DNA of 64,000 nt from Candidatus Saccharimonadota bacterium. Lineage in GTDB: Bacteria > Patescibacteriota > Saccharimonadia > Saccharimonadales > JAXHNE01. The notes beneath the pieces were generated by a model. That model ran no database searches and was not told the DNA's origin. It saw nothing but the letters and a program-made list of their open reading frames with translations. A program made the translations under genes and the position numbers. The stretch spans positions 54,827 through 118,826 of the forward strand of contig JAXHNE010000007.1 in the NCBI GenBank assembly GCA_034520885.1. Reading direction: 5' to 3'. Shown here piece by piece: positions 39,232-48,236 of the stretch; position 1 is the first letter of the stretch; each line of letters starts with the position of its first letter.

Positions 39232-39342
39232 TTACCGCTTTTTTACGGACCTCCAAACCTATTTACGAGTAAAATGACTTGAGTGCTCTTAGCTCAGTTC
39301 GAAACCGCGCCCTTTCAGAAAAAATGAATCACGAAAAAGCTG

Positions 39343-39379
39343 ATTTAAATCGGAGTTAAATCGGAGTTAACTCCGATTT
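39343..39379. repeat. three copies of an 11-mer (two direct, one inverted) forming a 22-bp perfect palindrome
   Basis: aaatcggagtt (39347-39357), aaatcggagtt (39358-39368), aactccgattt (39369-39379), preceded by the palindrome gatttaaatc. Lies between convergent genes. Confidence 0.7.
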
Positions 39380-39449
39380 AACGTGAGAAAAATACAAATC
39401 GTGCGAATCAAAGATTCTGACCTTTGCCAGTCGCACCGAAGGAGTGCCG

Positions 39450-40781
39450 CTACTTCTTTTCCTTGGTTTTTAGTAGGTCAACGGTAAGGGCTGCCGTCCA
39501 GGAAAAGTTCGAGGCGCCGCCGGGTTTGCCGGACAGCGGGCTGTAGTATTCGTGAATCTCACTGGCGCCGACCATTTCCAGAGTGGATTCTTTTAAGGCG
39601 CTAGCGTGGTCGTCAAAACCGAGTCGTTTTAAGCCGTCAATTAACAGCCAGTTAGTGTTAACCCAGGTCGAACCTTGCCAGTACCCCAGTTCTTTAAACC
39701 AAGGTGATTCTACGCTAACGCTGGGAACGGGGTAAGGGGTGCCGTAGGCGTGGTCGTTTTCCAGCTGCTTGATCAATAATTCGGCACGCTCCTTGCTGAT
39801 AGTGCCCGCGTACAACGGCATAAGCCCGGCAATGCTGGGTTCTTTAATAAGTTGGTGCGTCACGAAGTTGCGTGAATAATACTGGTTGCCGTAAGGATCC
39901 CACAGGGTTTCCAGCGCTCCTTGGGTTTTGGCCATTTGTTCTTGTAGGTTATCCGGCACCTCTTCTTTGATAGTTTTGGCGATGTCCAGCAAAAGCTGAT
40001 CGTTGCGGATTAAAATACAGTTAAAACTTAAATCTTCGATGGCGAAATGCGAATGGCTCAAGATACGGTTAATATCATACATTTTGCGGCGTAAACGGCG
40101 CTGCACGCTGTAAAGCGATAGGGCTTCTACGGTGTCCAGGCGTTGTTCGGCCGGGATGCGTTTGGTGTCGCGGCGGAAAAACTTAAAAACGCTTCCCAGG
40201 CGTAGCTTTTTGACGGCTTGGATCCATAGCGGCATTTGGTGTTCGTGGAGTTCTTTCATCCACGGCGGGGTGTTGTCCAAGCCGGTTTCCCAGGGGTGGA
40301 TTTGAATGGTCAGCCCTTCCTGGTGCGGGTCGCGTTCGTCGTGGAGCCACTCGTGGTAGGCCAGTAACTTGGGATAGACTTTTTTGTACCAGGCGCGTCG
40401 CTCGGCGGCGGAGAGTTTTTTGCCGATTCGCACGATTGCCTCGGCCAGTACCGGAGGTTGGGTGATGCCGCTGGTGGACAAGTCGTACGGGGCATTGGGG
40501 TTGATCCAGCTACGCCAGAACTTGGCGTCCCGCGTGTTGTGGTGCTCGTCGGAAATGATCATGTTGGGGATCATGCCGTTGCTCCACTGGCCGCCCAGCA
40601 TGCGCAAAACTTCCGCTTGCGCCCGGTCTATGTCCAAATGACGTAGTCCGATGGCCACGAAACAACTGTCCCACAGCCACTGGTGAGGGTAGAGTTCCGG
40701 TGCGGGCACCGTAAAGTTACCACGATCGTTTTTGTTTAGTACCTCTTTGGCTCGCTCCAGTGTAGCGGCTTTGTCGTCCAT
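39450..40781 (-). CDS. (alpha/alpha)6-barrel glycoside hydrolase, GH63/MGH1-like (mannosyl-/glucosylglycerate hydrolase or debranching-like)
   Basis: YPHQWLWDSCFVAIGL near the N-terminus, GITQPPVLA, WETGLDNTP, YWQGSTWVN: motifs I associate with GH63-type glucosidases. Confidence 0.65.
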   Translation of the reverse strand: MDDKAATLERAKEVLNKNDRGNFTVPAPELYPHQWLWDSCFVAIGLRHLDIDRAQAEVLRMLGGQWSNGMIPNMIISDEHHNTRDAKFWRSWINPNAPYDLSTSGITQPPVLAEAIVRIGKKLSAAERRAWYKKVYPKLLAYHEWLHDERDPHQEGLTIQIHPWETGLDNTPPWMKELHEHQMPLWIQAVKKLRLGSVFKFFRRDTKRIPAEQRLDTVEALSLYSVQRRLRRKMYDINRILSHSHFAIEDLSFNCILIRNDQLLLDIAKTIKEEVPDNLQEQMAKTQGALETLWDPYGNQYYSRNFVTHQLIKEPSIAGLMPLYAGTISKERAELLIKQLENDHAYGTPYPVPSVSVESPWFKELGYWQGSTWVNTNWLLIDGLKRLGFDDHASALKESTLEMVGASEIHEYYSPLSGKPGGASNFSWTAALTVDLLKTKEKK

Positions 40782-40911
40782 TCCGTTAGAGACCTTTCCT
40801 TACCGTGCCTGATTTCGCGTAAAATTCGCTGCTCGTTTTTCTCATAAAGATAAACCGTGTACGTTTTAAGACTCTAACGGGATCCATACCTAAACAGTAT
40901 AACGCATGTGC

Positions 40912-40940
40912 TTGCGCTTTCTTAAGCGCAGGGATATAAT
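40912..40940 (+). promoter_or_regulatory. strong sigma70-like promoter with an embedded 7-4-7 inverted repeat (operator-like)
   Basis: TTGCGC (40912-40917), 17 nt spacer, TATAAT (40935-40940). The spacer contains tgcgctt-tctt-aagcgca (40913-40930). AAGAGG follows about 15 nt downstream. Confidence 0.45.
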
Positions 40941-42033
40941 GAGCAAAATAGTTAAGAGGATAACATATCGATCAAAGTTCTAAAATTGAACTTATAATTC
41001 CAGAGGGGGCGTGGATCCGCATACTCACCCCAGAGCATTTGATGCACTTACAATCAGGATGGCAGAGACGGAGTTTCTGGTATACCTTGGCTATGCTGAA
41101 GTCAGGGTTTGTCGGCGGCAACGCGATGCCGAATGATCGTTACGGCGCCCGGTAGAGTAGACGGGCTTACTGGCGAAAAAGGCTACAATTCCGCCACTCA
41201 CCCTTTCCCAGTGGCCGATACTTAAAGCAATACTACAAATGGAGCAACGTATAGGCACTGAAGCAGTTACTGGTATGGGGGTCATCAGGGAGTTGATCCT
41301 ACAAAAATATACAAAGAAGGCAAACTTGACGAAAGCGTTTTGCACTATGTAAAATTACTCGCACACCAGGGCGCACTGTTGCACTAAAATTATCTGGCCA
41401 TGACGCAAAGGTGGCTACATGGTTTCAGGCCAGGAAGCATTCCTACCATAATAAACGAATTTGGGCGAAGTTGCCATGAAGGCCGTCGACATACTTCGCT
41501 CAAAGACGCCAGTGTTGGTCAGGTGCTCGCAGAGATAAGAAACAGAGGCACTTCTCCTTCGCCAATTCATATTGCTCATGTGTCGTAGCAAAGCTGGAAC
41601 CAATTGCTGCTGCCAAAAAACGCCTGGGTAAAATACGAATCAGGTCACTTTGCACCATTTGACGCCATCGTGGTGATAAGAACGCTTTCAAGGACAGGGG
41701 TGCATGAAGCCAACATCAAGTCAAAAGACGACATCGCGTTCTTGCGCGACAACGTGAGTTTGATAGATATGTTTGGTTCGGACTTCACACCATCGACTGG
41801 AGGGGTCGATACCGCAAACCGTATACATTTGGGGTAACGAACCACACGGCTGCTCTACCATTGCTTGTGACTGAAGCTTTGAAAGAAGAGTGGATAGATC
41901 TAGAAAAGCTCTATGACATGACTGTAGAACAACCTAGAAATCGTTTTAATTTGCGCGACAAGAAGACAACTTTGTAAAAATGAAGCTACCGAGATAGTTG
42001 GACTTCAAAGATGCAGGCAAAGGTTGCCCCGCG

Positions 42034-42222
42034 TTATATGTGGTCTCCTTTTACTGAACCTGCTTTGTCATCTATGAGAAAAGCCAGTCCTTCAACGGCA
42101 GTGAACGGTATGTCTGCAGGGTCATGGTGAAATAGTAACAGACGGTGAGCTAACGCTAAACCCAGACGAACTTCAAGAGCTTTGATAACATAGCCGTCGC
42201 TAGGCGCTATTAGTTTATTCAT
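42034..42222 (-). CDS. 62-aa ORF, downstream member of the pair
   Basis: MNKLIAPSDGYVIKALEVRLGLALAHRLLLFHHDPADIPF... No family recognised. Confidence 0.25.
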   Translation of the reverse strand: MNKLIAPSDGYVIKALEVRLGLALAHRLLLFHHDPADIPFTAVEGLAFLIDDKAGSVKGDHI

Positions 42223-42356
42223 TTAAGTTGAGCACCTGACCAGAGTTTTTCAAAAATCTCTCTTTGAGTTTTTGTGAACTGCTTACTCTTGATTTCAAAT
42301 CCTTCTATGACCGAAGCTTTCAAGTAGACCTGAGCAAAAGTGTTAATAAAGTACAT
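42219..42356 (-). CDS. 45-aa mini-ORF, upstream member of an ATGA-overlapping pair
   Basis: MYFINTFAQVYLKASVIEGFEIKSKQFTKTQREIFEKLWSGAQLK*. The stop overlaps the next ATG by 4 nt. Confidence 0.2.
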   Translation of the reverse strand: MYFINTFAQVYLKASVIEGFEIKSKQFTKTQREIFEKLWSGAQLK

Positions 42357-43119
42357 AAAAGTGTAAGCCTAACGTCTAATAGTATTTCTCGCACGAATAT
42401 CACTAATACTTGATCGTGAGACTCGGGCTTTCACCGTGTTGCTCTATTGATTTACGAACTCTTGGTGAAGCGTTTGTTCATGCTTTCTTTGATGTTTCGC
42501 ATGTAAGACTCGGCTACGAACTTTTTATGAATTAAACCCTATGTATCTGCCACGTCCCCACTCGCTCACGTAGACTTCCTGCTTCGCTTTTAAAGAATTC
42601 CAGAATATTTGACGCGCACCTGCTTGCCCGTGATACGTCAAAACTGAAGACGGTGAAGCATCGATTTACCGGCCATTTCTCCAGCAGGTGCTCGAGGTCA
42701 TCTTCAAGCGTTGCTCTTTCTTCGGCAAGCCTGACTTTATTCGCGTGCCGCGAGTTTGTGCCGCAGCCTCCCGATAGGATTTGCTTTTAATAGCTTGAAG
42801 TTCTCCTCCACGATCTCATCGACCAAGCCTTTGCCCTTCAAAATCTTAAGATATTCATAAATTGAACTTCTGGGGAAGTTCTGGTCAGGGCAGTCAGGTC
42901 CTTGATACGTTGAAGGCCGTGCAAGAGCAAAGCAAGGTAAAGGTTGGATTGCCTTTTCTTGTAATCCAACTTTTTGAAGTTTGCCGAATGACTTTGCGTT
43001 TGCTTCAAGCCCATTAGCGTGACACTAAGTATATGACGGCGAATTTCGTCGTCAAGTTGAAAACGCGGGCAAGAGTAAGCATAAATTAATATAAACCACT
43101 TAAATTGGAGGAACGGATA

Positions 43120-44072
43120 ATGGCGTTTAAAGGGGAAATAGGACATTTAGAAGGTTTTGAATCACCATTTGCTAATGCAGGTGGGGTAGTCAAGACAATG
43201 CATGACGTTGAAATAATGGCAAATACTGGAGTGGCGTATATTGAAGATGGATCACAGCCGCTGTTACCACGACTTGGCAATGCCGTTTCGGAACGCCGAA
43301 AAAGCAATCACGAGGCAAAGATTATGATTTTGATCCAGAAACTGGCGAAATGCATAATTCACTTGGTATGCCATGTGCAGGTTATGAAGAAGAAGAGAAA
43401 GTTCTCCCTGACAAACTAGAAATAGCACATGCTAAGGGCAAGAAATTGATTTGGAATTTTGCACCAGTAACAGATTGTCCAGCCGAAGAGTCGTTAGAGG
43501 GAATTCAGCGAGCTTTTGCGGCTGGAGTAGACGGCGTCATCTTAAACGCCGGTTGCCCAAATGTTAAGGATACAGACGGCACACAACATGCGATATTGAG
43601 CAGAAATCCTCAGGCGTTCGGCAAAGTTCTATCCTTCTTGAGAGAGGCTAATCTGCCGGAACCAATTTGGGTGCGTTTGTCGCCACAAGAGTCATTTAGT
43701 AATATGAGTGTCATCGGAAATCACATAAAAAATTCTGGTATTGTAAGTGCCGTATTGGTGCCAAATACATGGTCGGTCGATATGCCGATAAAAGATAACG
43801 GTGAATCATTGCTCGATACGAATACAGAAAAAGTTGGTAAAAGTGGACCAGCCATGGCAACAGGAGCCCGCAAGGAGACTGCATGGGCCGTTTCCGCCCT
43901 TAAAGGCAGTAATGTTGATGTGATTAGTTCCAGTTCAATTATGGATGAAAAAGAACTCAAACATCGACTTGGTCAGGGGGCAGTTGCAGGAGCTGGAACC
44001 ACGTTCTTTTATGCATCCGAAAACGGTTGGTCTCAAGACGTAGATCGTCTTCTCTGGGACTTTGCTACCTAG
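43120..44072 (+). pseudogene. dihydroorotate dehydrogenase-family (class 1-like TIM barrel) gene with one frameshift at an A5 run
   Basis: MAFKGEIGHLEGFESPFANAGGVVKT..., then NSLGMPCAGYEE, ILNAGCPNV, GKSGPAMATG in the second frame. Adding one A at 43299-43303 joins the two frames. GGAGG RBS. Confidence 0.6.
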
Positions 44073-44566
44073 CGATAGTTAGTGAAGTTGATTGGGAAGT
44101 CGAAGTCAGTGTTTTTGAGTAACTGCATGGCCGCTTGCAGTTCGTCCTTTTTGCCGCTTATCACTCGCACTTCTTGGCCCTGAATTTGGGTTTTTACCTT
44201 GGGTTGTTTTTCTTTGATGAGTTTGGTGATTTTCTTGGCCTTTTCTTGATCCAATCCTTGTTTGAACGGGACATCTTTGGTGATTTTCAGGTTACTGGTA
44301 ACGGCTTCCTTAGACGTATCCAGTACTTTTTGGCTTAAGCCCCGCTTGGCGAGCTTCTTGCGCACCATGTCGATGATCGTATTAATATGATAGTCGTTAC
44401 CTCCGGTAACTTTCAGTCCGTTTTTGTCGCCGTCCAGCCACTCTACGGCCGCGGACGTGCCCTTAAAGTCATAGCGGTTGGTAAGTTCGCGCTGGACCTG
44501 ATCGAACGCGTGGTTCATCTCCCCGCGGTCAAAATCGGAAACGATGTCAAAACTAAAATTCGCCAT
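44069..44566 (-). CDS. yajQ: YajQ family nucleotide-binding protein (UPF0234)
   Basis: MANFSFDIVSDFDRGEMNHAFDQVQRELTNRYDFKG is a typical YajQ N-terminus. Confidence 0.85.
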   Translation of the reverse strand: MANFSFDIVSDFDRGEMNHAFDQVQRELTNRYDFKGTSAAVEWLDGDKNGLKVTGGNDYHINTIIDMVRKKLAKRGLSQKVLDTSKEAVTSNLKITKDVPFKQGLDQEKAKKITKLIKEKQPKVKTQIQGQEVRVISGKKDELQAAMQLLKNTDFDFPINFTNYR

Positions 44567-45190
44567 TTATAACTCCGTGCTTTCGCCGTCATTTAAAACG
44601 ATTACGTTGGCGTCGCCAAAGCGTTCCTTGAGCACATTCGGGTCGTTATAAAAAACCGGATTACTGTAGTGAATGGGGATAACGTTCATGGCGCCGACTT
44701 GGCGGGCGAACTTTACGGCATCAAATAGCGACACGCTGGGGCCGGCAACCGGCGCGGCCAGGGATTCCACCTGTAAATTATCAATTGAGGTGCCGTCGCC
44801 GGGGTGGAAGAAGTTTCCGTCTATCACGTAGCCGGTGTTGGGCGGCCCGTCGGAGCCGTCGACCATTTTGCAGTGCGGCAAGTCGCGGGCGGTCACGTTG
44901 AACCCGGCAATTTCTTGCTGATCGCTATCGTTTAGGACGGTAACTTCAAGGTCACTTAATTTATCGGCTACGTCTTGGTTGGCGTAAATTGGCACGCCCG
45001 CTCCGGAAAGTTGCTTGGCGACGTCGGGGTCCAAATGATCGGCGTGCTGGTGGGTAATGAGCAGTGCGTCGATAGGTTGAAGATCTTCCAATTTATATTT
45101 TTGCGTTACGAAAATACCGATGTCGATCATTAAGGATTTGTCATTCTTTTCAAGTTTTAAGCAGCTCTGCGGATATTTCGTCACCTTCAT
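44567..45190 (-). CDS. MBL-fold metallo-hydrolase
   Basis: ITHQHADHLD metal-binding motif, 207 aa. Confidence 0.8.
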   Translation of the reverse strand: MKVTKYPQSCLKLEKNDKSLMIDIGIFVTQKYKLEDLQPIDALLITHQHADHLDPDVAKQLSGAGVPIYANQDVADKLSDLEVTVLNDSDQQEIAGFNVTARDLPHCKMVDGSDGPPNTGYVIDGNFFHPGDGTSIDNLQVESLAAPVAGPSVSLFDAVKFARQVGAMNVIPIHYSNPVFYNDPNVLKERFGDANVIVLNDGESTEL

Positions 45191-45298
45191 ACCTTAATTC
45201 TAACATCCTGTCCTCCCTAGACTAAACGCGGGCACTTAACAAGGTTCAACCTTGTACAGTAGGTGATAAGGGAGGTGGTTTGGTATACTTTATGTAAG

Positions 45299-46334
45299 AT
45301 GAGTTATCAAAGTAAAAAGGTGGCGGACGTTGCTGATGCGCTGAAAAAGCGCTTCGAAGAGCTGGATAACAAAGCGGACGTGCTAAAAGCGACGGAATTA
45401 AAAGCGCTGTACGCGGAAATCCCGACTTTGCCGGAGGATGAGCGCGCCGTTTTCGGCCAAGAAATCAACGCTTTAAAAAATGAATTGCAAAAAATGGTGG
45501 ACGAACACCAAGAAAAGTCCGAAAAACTACCGCCGATTGACGTGACCGCGCCGTTCGCCCCCAACACCAAGCCGGAAGACAGGCCGCGGTTATTTACCAG
45601 TGACAACGGGTCACGGCATCCAATTACTGCGGAGATGGAGCGCATTGCGGATATCTTTTACCGTATGGGCTACGACGTAGTAGAGTCACGCCAGTTGGAC
45701 GATGATTACCACATGTTCGGCAGCCTGAACTTCCCCGAAGATCATCCGGCCCGCGACCACTACGACACATTTACGACGGAGGACGGCCTCATCGCCCCGG
45801 CGCACACCAGCACCATGCAAAACCGCGTGTTGATTGAGCGAAAACATTTACTGGAGGAAGGCAAAGCCATCGCCGCGGTCATTCCCGGCCGCGTGTTCCG
45901 TAACGAAGACCTGGACGCCACGCACGAGCACACCTTTCATCAACTTGAAGGCGTGTATGTGGCAAAAGGCGCAAATGTCGGCAACCTAGTTGCTACACTT
46001 CAGACGTACTTAAGTGAATACTTTGGACAGGATTTGAAGGCAAAGATCCAACCGTTTTACTTTCCGTTTACCGAGCCGAGTTTTGAGTTTGCAGTTGAAC
46101 GCCCAGAAATTTTACGCAAGGACAATAGCGAAGAGCAGCGCTGGTTAGAACTAGGCGGCTGCGGCACGATTCACCCCAACGTCCTGCGTGAAGCTGGCAT
46201 TGACCCAGAAGTCGATACCCGGATTCTGCATGCATCGGGGATTTGGCATTGAGCGTATGGTGCTTATGCATTATGAAATCGAAGACATTCGTCATTTCAA
46301 CAGTGGCAAATTAGACTTCTTGAGGCAGTTTTGA
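45299..46334 (+). CDS. pheS: phenylalanine--tRNA ligase alpha subunit, 3' end frame-disrupted near 46210-46235
   Basis: Class II motifs (FPEDHPARD, GRVFRNE, ELGGCGTIHPNVL). The listed ORF stops at 46252, but the conserved tail GFGIERMVLMHYEIEDIRHFNSGKLDFLRQF* is in the +1 frame and ends at 46334. Confidence 0.85.
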
Positions 46335-46990
46335 TGAACAGATCTATTAAAAATCCAGAAATCAGAATTAACTATGCTTGGCTTTTACAAAAGGACGTAT
46401 CTACACGACTTAATGAGCTAGATAAGTATGACTTGCCAGAGTACGATGACGATACGTTTTCTAAATGGACAGATGAATGTCGGAAGAATGGGAAAAGATC
46501 AGAGAAACAAAGTCTCGAGCGGCGCACGCAAAATACTCAGGTTTACAATTTTACCTTCCAGTCATGGACGTCAGCATGGCAACGAATATTGTTGCGCAAA
46601 AGCTGGCCCGGTAATTGTTGGCTATCATGGCGGCCCTTCAAATTTTTGTCGATACACTTGTGCATGAAGTTTGTCATGTGTTATTAACCGACAATACAAT
46701 AATGAGTCTTAAAGGGGCGCATAGGAATTATAAACTTGGGATCGGCATGGAAAAAATTGTTTGGAAAAGAGCATAGCTTTACGACACTTGCCCACATTCC
46801 AGTTCATGCTATTCATAAAAAAATTTACTTAGAAATAATGGATGGCGAAGAAGGTTTGAAGCGGGAAATGAAAGAATTAGATAAGTGGAAAGCAACGGAA
46901 TATATAAAATCATGGGAGTATGTCAATAAGCACGGACACACGAGAGCATCCCTGGATCGTCGACTTGAAAGAGTTTTATTCCCAATTTGA
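46331..46990 (+). pseudogene. frame-broken gene for an HExxH (zinc-metalloprotease-like) protein
   Basis: Three reading pieces in different frames. LQIFVDTLVHEVCHVLLTDN, with HEVCH at 46663-46677, is only readable in a frame lacking a start. AT-rich. Confidence 0.4.
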
Positions 46991-47023
46991 AGCAACTGGA
47001 GCAAAAGTCTCGGAGGCCCAAAA

Positions 47024-48043
47024 ATGAGGGTGTTTGTGTTTGGTGACAGTATCGGGCAGGGGTTTTTTGACTCTCATGGCGGCTGGGTGCAGCGGCTGGC
47101 GAATGATTTTCATTCGCGTACGCTGAAATCTATGAGTCGAGGCGAAGATAACTGGACGGTTTTGTTCAACCAAGGAATCTCCGGAGACACCGCCGAAGGC
47201 GTGTTGCACCGGATGAAACCGGAAGTCGAAGCCCGTCGAATGGGCAAAGACGAGGAAATGATCGTTATAGCCATCGGTACCAACGACGCGATTTTACGGG
47301 AAAACCACGTAGTGACCGATGTGTACGACTTCCAGGAAACGTTGGAACACCTTGCCGACGGTGCGCATAAACTAACGGATAACGTGGTGTTCGTGGGCTT
47401 GCCCGCGGTGGATGAGGCGCAAACCAACCCGTGGAAGCACAGCTCCACAGGCAAACAATGGTTCAATGAGCGGCTTAATTTGTTCGAAGACGCCATAAAA
47501 CAAGTGGCGTTCAACAAAGACGCCGCATTTATTCCGGCGCACGATGAATTTATAAAACAGCTACAAGAAGGTAAAGATTTACTGAGCGATGGCTTACACC
47601 CCAATGACAAAGGCCACCAACTGATTTACGATATAGTGAAACACAAAACTCGAGGAGCTTCTGAAACGAAAAAATTTTTAACTTTTATAGAGCAGAATTA
47701 CTTGTTCGTTCTGAGTATTGGCGCAATTGTAATCTTAGTTTTTGTGGTTGTCCTTGCGGGCCATTCCGAGCCAAAGAGAACTCAAAGCACCAGAGAAAAC
47801 AGCACCCCTGAAGAACTATCAGGCGCTACAGCAAAAGACCCAACAAGACCCTATGCGTCCTTTGGTGAGACTGCAAGCGGTGATAAATACTACTATGCAC
47901 TTAGGGAAATCTCGTGTTCATCAGAAAACTGCGAAGTAAAGCTCACAGTTTTAAATCGTACGGATTCAACTCAGTCTATAAAGTACGAGGATCTTAGTGT
48001 CACATCACCTAGCATTACGCCTCAAAATTCAGTATTTGGATAG
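47024..48043 (+). CDS. SGNH/GDSL hydrolase apparently fused to a TM-anchored module
   Basis: MRVFVFGDSIGQG (GDS block), GTNDA, DGLHPNDKGH (DxxH) within the first 205 aa or so. Then a TM helix (LFVLSIGAIVILVFVVVLAG) and an AT-rich second module, with an A6 run at the junction near 47666. Confidence 0.7.
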   Translation: MRVFVFGDSIGQGFFDSHGGWVQRLANDFHSRTLKSMSRGEDNWTVLFNQGISGDTAEGVLHRMKPEVEARRMGKDEEMIVIAIGTNDAILRENHVVTDVYDFQETLEHLADGAHKLTDNVVFVGLPAVDEAQTNPWKHSSTGKQWFNERLNLFEDAIKQVAFNKDAAFIPAHDEFIKQLQEGKDLLSDGLHPNDKGHQLIYDIVKHKTRGASETKKFLTFIEQNYLFVLSIGAIVILVFVVVLAGHSEPKRTQSTRENSTPEELSGATAKDPTRPYASFGETASGDKYYYALREISCSSENCEVKLTVLNRTDSTQSIKYEDLSVTSPSITPQNSVFG

Positions 48044-48236
48044 AGCATACGTTTATGATCAACCGTCAGCTGACCTAAATGGCGGAGATTACGAACTAGA
48101 ATTTGTGCCAGATGAACCTAGAGACATAGAGTTGGTTTTTATGCCTTTCATCCCAGTAGAAGGTACACTCTTGCACATGGAAGACGGTGCAACTCTTAGC
48201 CTGCATAGTTTAGGGGAAAGTCAGGGCAAACAATGA
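47997..48236 (+). pseudogene. C-terminal continuation (other frame) of the TM-anchored module
   Basis: YLDRAYVYDQPSADLNGGDYELEFVPDEPRDIELVFMPF... continues the beta-rich domain begun in 47750-48000. The stop overlaps the pheT ATG. Confidence 0.35.

Larger units (their letters stand above)
40960..43100. pseudogene. decayed AT-rich accessory locus, no intact ORF over 110 aa
   Basis: Plus-strand reading pieces (about 40967-41975) switch frame 5 or more times and include an XRE-like HTH remnant (VALKLSGHDAKVATWFQ / GSIPTIINEF). The minus strand has a start-less wHTH-like open frame at 42737-43027 (SSIYEYLKILKGKGLVDEIVEE). Confidence 0.4.

Noticed and set aside
39281-39313. tRNA-like fragment (CTTAGCTCAGTTCGAAACCGCGCC)
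   Set aside because: It has D-loop-like and T-loop-like strings but no anticodon arm and no complementary acceptor ends, so no cloverleaf can be drawn. It is mentioned only as context for the adjacent palindrome.
39347-39368. CRISPR-like repeat
   Set aside because: There are only two directly abutting 11-nt copies with no spacers, and no cas genes in the window.
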